Source: Rhodothermales bacterium (GTDB lineage: Bacteria; Bacteroidota; Rhodothermia; Rhodothermales; JAHQVL01). From it: a stretch of 64,000 nucleotides of DNA. The position numbers and the translations under genes are program-made. Location of the stretch: positions 251,690 to 315,689 of the forward strand of contig CBDHHF010000014.1 in NCBI GenBank assembly GCA_965263205.1, written 5' to 3'. The notes under the pieces were generated by a model. It was not told where the DNA came from and did no database searches. It saw only the letters and a program-made list of their open reading frames with translations. Below are positions 59,955 through 64,000 of this stretch, in pieces (within the stretch, counting starts at the first letter, position 1; each line of letters begins with the position of its first letter).

Positions 59955-60836
59955 CTAATGCAGCTGGACGTTGCGGATAAAGCGCCGAACGGCAAAGGCA
60001 GATCCGATCCAGCCCAGGGCTACGCCGGCCAGGGTTACGCCTATCACCAATATGATGGTCAGGACTTTTGATAACGCTAGCTGCGGCAGATAGGCAGAAA
60101 GTAACGAGTAAACCCCGATAACGAGGATACTGGCGATCATGCCGGCAATAAGGCCCTGCAATACGCCCTCAACAATAAAAGGCCGGCGAATAAACGTGTC
60201 GGTAGCACCAACCAGTTTCATGGTACGGATGAGCAAGCGGCGGGCGTAGATGGTAAGCCGGATGGTATTGGCCACAAGGAAAATTGCTGCAAGAATAACA
60301 ATAGAGCCCAGCACCAAACCTGTAGAGTTGAGCATATTCAGGTTTTGATGCACTTTCGCAAGCACCGGCTCGTTGAATACCACTTCGCTCACACGATTCC
60401 AGCTTTCAAATTCTGAAATTAGCGCGTTCAAACTATCAGGATTTGTATACCGCGATTCCACCTGGACGCGGATTGACGACGGGAGGAAAGGCTCATCGAA
60501 AAATACCTCAGCCCCTTCACCAAACTCTTCCTGGAAAATCTGGGTAGCCTGATCGGGCGAAATGTAGTCAGCCTTGAGCACCCCAAAGGTTGCGCTGGCA
60601 CGCTCGTGGAGTGCACGCGCACGGGCCACCTCGATATTGTCGTCGAGGTACACTTCAAGTTCACCTGCACGCTCCCGCAACCACTCAGAAACCTGGCCGG
60701 CCTGGTAGCTAAGGATCGCAAACAAACCAATGAGAACCAGGGCAACTGCCATGGCGCTTGTTGAAGTAAACGTAGCAAATTTTGCCCTGCGGAAGCCGGC
60801 AAGGCCTTCACGCAAACTGTAAGGGAGAAAAGACAC
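59955..60836 (-). CDS. ftsX: cell-division protein FtsX (permease-like)
   Basis: 293 aa, MSFLPYSLREGLAGFRRAKF…, a periplasmic domain plus 4 TM helices typical of FtsX. Confidence 0.8.
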   Translation of the reverse strand: MSFLPYSLREGLAGFRRAKFATFTSTSAMAVALVLIGLFAILSYQAGQVSEWLRERAGELEVYLDDNIEVARARALHERASATFGVLKADYISPDQATQIFQEEFGEGAEVFFDEPFLPSSIRVQVESRYTNPDSLNALISEFESWNRVSEVVFNEPVLAKVHQNLNMLNSTGLVLGSIVILAAIFLVANTIRLTIYARRLLIRTMKLVGATDTFIRRPFIVEGVLQGLIAGMIASILVIGVYSLLSAYLPQLALSKVLTIILVIGVTLAGVALGWIGSAFAVRRFIRNVQLH

Positions 60837-61062
60837 GATCAGAAAATGCTATTGATTGATCAGGCGATATAGCAAAAATGCACTGACATTAACATGCAGG
60901 TATTCGCATAGGAGTTAACGCACATACAATGCCTAATTTGCTCAGAAGTGCCCAGAAATCCAAATTTATTGGGTCTGGCGAACAGAAAAGCTATTTAACT
61001 ATCTGTCGTTGCGAACATACCAACCCAAAGACAGGCCATGAAGTGATTCGTGCAACAACCTG

Positions 61063-61938
61063 TTACCCACCAATTTCAGCACAGGGATACGAGCCGAGCA
61101 CCTTGACATCAGCAGCAATTTCCCCAAGGTGGCCAAGTGCACGCTTTACCCGCTCCTCATCTGCTGTACCCTGGAGGTCGATGTAAAAGACGTATTTGCC
61201 TGGACTGCCAATTAAAGGCCGGCTCTCAATTTTGAACAGGTCCAAATCACGCAATGCAAATACAGCCAGACTTTTGAACAACGCACCCGGCACGTTTTCT
61301 TTGACTGCATACATAACCGATGTTTTCATGCTGGCATCGGCAGATTCCGTTCCATCTTTCTGCTTTGTTTTTGCCTGTGAAGCGGCACGCGCTGGCGTTT
61401 GCAATGCAAGGAACCGCGTATAATTTTGATGGTCGCTTTCAATGCCACTGGCAAGGAAGTCCAACCCATACTTTTCGCCGGCGCGTTTGCTGGCAATTGC
61501 AGCCTGCCCACGCACGCCTTGCTCTGCAACCATTTTGGCTGCCCCCGCAGTGTCATACGCCGGCACGACATCAGCACGTCCGAGATGTTCGCGAATAAAA
61601 TCCTGACATTGCCCAAGCGCCTGCGGATGTGAATACACATGCGTGACTTCATCCAGGCGAACGCCTTTGTTTACGAGCAAGTGGTGCTGGATGCGCAGGT
61701 GCCACTCTCCCGTGATGACCAGCGGGTGCCGGCGCAACAGATCGTAGTTGACATGTACGCTCCCGAAAAGGGAATTTTCTATCGGAATCACGCCACAATC
61801 AACGGCCCCGCTTTCTACGCTGCTAAATACATCGTCGAAAGAGATTTTGGGATGCACATCCGCGCCCGGAAATAACGCGTGCACAGCCTCCTCACTGTAC
61901 GCCCCCAACTCCCCCTGAAAAGCCACCTTCATATCCAA
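61063..61938 (-). CDS. pheA: prephenate dehydratase (PDT plus ACT domains)
   Basis: MKVAFQGELGAYSEEA… PDT N-terminus and a C-terminal ACT domain (…FALRDLDLFKIESRP…). Confidence 0.85.
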   Translation of the reverse strand: MDMKVAFQGELGAYSEEAVHALFPGADVHPKISFDDVFSSVESGAVDCGVIPIENSLFGSVHVNYDLLRRHPLVITGEWHLRIQHHLLVNKGVRLDEVTHVYSHPQALGQCQDFIREHLGRADVVPAYDTAGAAKMVAEQGVRGQAAIASKRAGEKYGLDFLASGIESDHQNYTRFLALQTPARAASQAKTKQKDGTESADASMKTSVMYAVKENVPGALFKSLAVFALRDLDLFKIESRPLIGSPGKYVFYIDLQGTADEERVKRALGHLGEIAADVKVLGSYPCAEIGG

Positions 61939-62096
61939 TACCCAATACTATGCACAAACAAATAAATTTTGAGAGTTGTTCACCCCCGATGAAAGCAGAT
62001 TCAACGGTAAAAGGCCAGCAACCTTCAACCCGTAACTTGCAACGTTCAACAGCAAACGGATAAATCCTGTCAGACTGATCCGTTTGCTCATACTAC

Positions 62097-63794
62097 CTAC
62101 ATTTTTTCCGGTGCAGAAATCCCAAGCATTGTCAATGCATTCCGTAACACAATACGCGTGGCATCTGCGAGCTTCATGCGAGCGGAAGCAACTGTAGGCT
62201 CCTCTCCAACAATCCGACAAGCATCATAAAACCGTGTGAAGCACGTAGCCACTTCATTGAGATAGTTAATCAGTCGGTGTGGTTCTTTCGAGAGCGCTGC
62301 GCTTTCGACCATACGAGGCAGATCGAGCAGCGCTTTGATGAGCGTTTCTTCTGCAGGATGCTTCAACAACGCAAGGTCGACGTCGTCGGTGAATTCAAAG
62401 CCAACCTCTTGCGCTTTGCGAATGATCGAACAGATCCTGGCGTGTGCATACTGCAAATAAAACACAGGATTTTTCTCCCGAGCCTGCTTGGCCAAATCCA
62501 GATCGAACTCAAGGTGTGTATTGGGCGAACGCATGAGAAAGAAGAAGCGGGTTACGTCTTCCCCAACCTCATCCATCAAATCATCCAGCGTTTCATACGT
62601 CGCCTTACGTGTACTCATCTTTACCTGGACGCCGCCGCGCACCAGCGTTACAAACTGATAAATCACCACTTCAACGGCAGACTTATCATGGCCTAACACT
62701 TCCACGCCACTCAATACATCGGGGTACGTAGCAATGTGATCAGCACCAAAAATGTCGATGATTTTGGAAAACCCGCGTTCAAACTTGTTGGCGTGGTATG
62801 CGATATCGGGCAATCGATAGGTCGGCTCGCCGGTGCTTTTGATCAGGACCGTGTCTTTGTCTTTCCCAAAAGCCGTAGTCTTGAACCACGTGGCACCGTC
62901 TGCATCGTACGCCAATTCTTTTTCTTTGAACTGCTTTACAACATCCCAAACGGCTCCTGAATCGTACAGGGTGTTCTCATTGAAGAACGTGTCCATCTTG
63001 ATATTAAGCCGCAGCAGTGTCGACTCAATTTCTTTGAAGATGGCTTGTTCTGCAGCCTCTTTAAAGACCGTTTCATCTTCCTCGTCAAGCAATGCATCGC
63101 CATGCTTTTCAACGAGTGAGGCAGCTATATCAGTAATGTAGGCGCCAAGATATCCGTCATCGGGAAACGAAGCCGGCACCTCGACTTTTTCGCCTTCATT
63201 CACTTCGATCTCCTTGACCGGCTCATCTTTATCGACAAGCGCGCGGTAGCGGCCACGAACCGACTGCCCGAGAACGCGCATTTGCCGGCCGGCATTGTTG
63301 AAATAGTATTCCCGCGTCACATCGTACCCGATCCAGTCCAGCAAATTGGCCAGGGTGTCACCAAGGACCGCGTTACGTCCGTGCCCGACGGTAAGCGGAC
63401 CGGTTGGATTTGCACTTACATATTCAACAATGGCCGTCTGGCCGGCGCCGTATTGCGTCCGCCCATAGGTATCACCAGCCTCGAGTAGCTGCGCAAGTCC
63501 GTCGGTCAGATAGCTGCTGGCAAATCTAAAATTCAGAAAACCGGGACCAGCTACCTCGATGCCACTGATACGCTGTGGATCGATAGGCTTTTCGAGCAGA
63601 CGCGTTGCCAAATCTTCTGCGATGCTTCGGGGTGGCTTTCGCAAGAAACGGGCGAGTTTCATGGCGGCGTTGCATGACAGATCGCCATGGTCTGCATTCT
63701 GAGGTGTTTCCAGCTCAATTTCAAAATCAGCCGGCACGTCTTCGAACGCGCGCAGCACACTTTTCAGTTCGCTTGTAATGTATGCCTTCATCAA
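62097..63794 (-). CDS. argS: arginine--tRNA ligase
   Basis: 565 aa; HIGH-region VSANPTGPLTVGHGRN; ArgRS N-terminal add-1 domain; C-terminal anticodon-binding DALR helices. Confidence 0.9.
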   Translation of the reverse strand: MMKAYITSELKSVLRAFEDVPADFEIELETPQNADHGDLSCNAAMKLARFLRKPPRSIAEDLATRLLEKPIDPQRISGIEVAGPGFLNFRFASSYLTDGLAQLLEAGDTYGRTQYGAGQTAIVEYVSANPTGPLTVGHGRNAVLGDTLANLLDWIGYDVTREYYFNNAGRQMRVLGQSVRGRYRALVDKDEPVKEIEVNEGEKVEVPASFPDDGYLGAYITDIAASLVEKHGDALLDEEDETVFKEAAEQAIFKEIESTLLRLNIKMDTFFNENTLYDSGAVWDVVKQFKEKELAYDADGATWFKTTAFGKDKDTVLIKSTGEPTYRLPDIAYHANKFERGFSKIIDIFGADHIATYPDVLSGVEVLGHDKSAVEVVIYQFVTLVRGGVQVKMSTRKATYETLDDLMDEVGEDVTRFFFLMRSPNTHLEFDLDLAKQAREKNPVFYLQYAHARICSIIRKAQEVGFEFTDDVDLALLKHPAEETLIKALLDLPRMVESAALSKEPHRLINYLNEVATCFTRFYDACRIVGEEPTVASARMKLADATRIVLRNALTMLGISAPEKM

Positions 63795-64000
63795 TCTACC
63801 TAAAGGTCGCTGGGATCACACACTGCACCTTGCTGTGCGCGTGCCCGCCGGGCAAGGAATTCTTCCTGATAACGTACTGCAAAGCCGAACAACCCCGTCG
63901 GTTTCTGCCTCACCGTATTTTAGCAAAGCAACCCTTGGTAATTAAATCCTCCTACCAGCACGACCAAGGTCCAGGACGATCGATTCGCTCGCGCTTCATC

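Overview
This 64-kb window looks like an ordinary chromosomal segment, about 50-55% GC by eye, with densely packed genes on both strands. I found no rRNA, tRNA, transposase, integrase, phage gene or CRISPR array. Two proteins carry C-terminal T9SS sorting domains and the sigma factor is a short (279 aa) RpoD/SigA, so the source is likely a Bacteroidota-, Balneolota- or Rhodothermota-like organism (inference).

Main contents, in order:
- A tetR-tolC-MFP-RND efflux operon on the minus strand, with two TTGAC-N5-GTCAA palindromes that look like TetR operators.
- A DinB-like gene.
- A MacA-like adaptor followed by two FtsX/MacB-type permeases, with no ATPase gene nearby.
- A signal-peptide cluster: a hypothetical lipoprotein, a lipoprotein RidA and a Tat-signal class-V PLP enzyme.
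- A LytS/LytTR two-component system.
- A beta-lactamase-fold protein fused to TPR repeats.
- A tandem SnoaL/NTF2 lipoprotein.
- An AraC regulator.
- A 1381-aa FG-GAP repeat protein with a T9SS C-terminal domain.
- A somewhat lower-GC stretch with two hypothetical ORFs.
- A DUF819 membrane protein.
- amt, a terminator, amt and glnK (PII).
- NfeD and flotillin.
- A 983-aa composite outer-membrane protein with an HExxH motif, PD40 beta-propeller repeats and a beta-barrel.
- An MscS-family channel translationally coupled to a 1108-aa protein with a degenerate P-loop.
- rpoD.
- folP, split by a single-base frameshift.
- cdaA, pcm, an aldo/keto reductase and deoB, the last preceded by a 7-nt repeat in 10 copies.
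- A degenerate-GGDEF membrane protein.
- A DUF11 protein with a T9SS C-terminal domain.
- An operon of a Ddl-like ATP-grasp gene and a KamA radical-SAM gene.
- A multi-PAS/GAF NarL-type histidine kinase with a LuxR-family response regulator.
- ftsX, pheA and argS.

The candidates most likely to be undescribed systems are the MscS-plus-giant-protein pair and the ATP-grasp-plus-KamA cassette. Both are inferences from sequence and context only.
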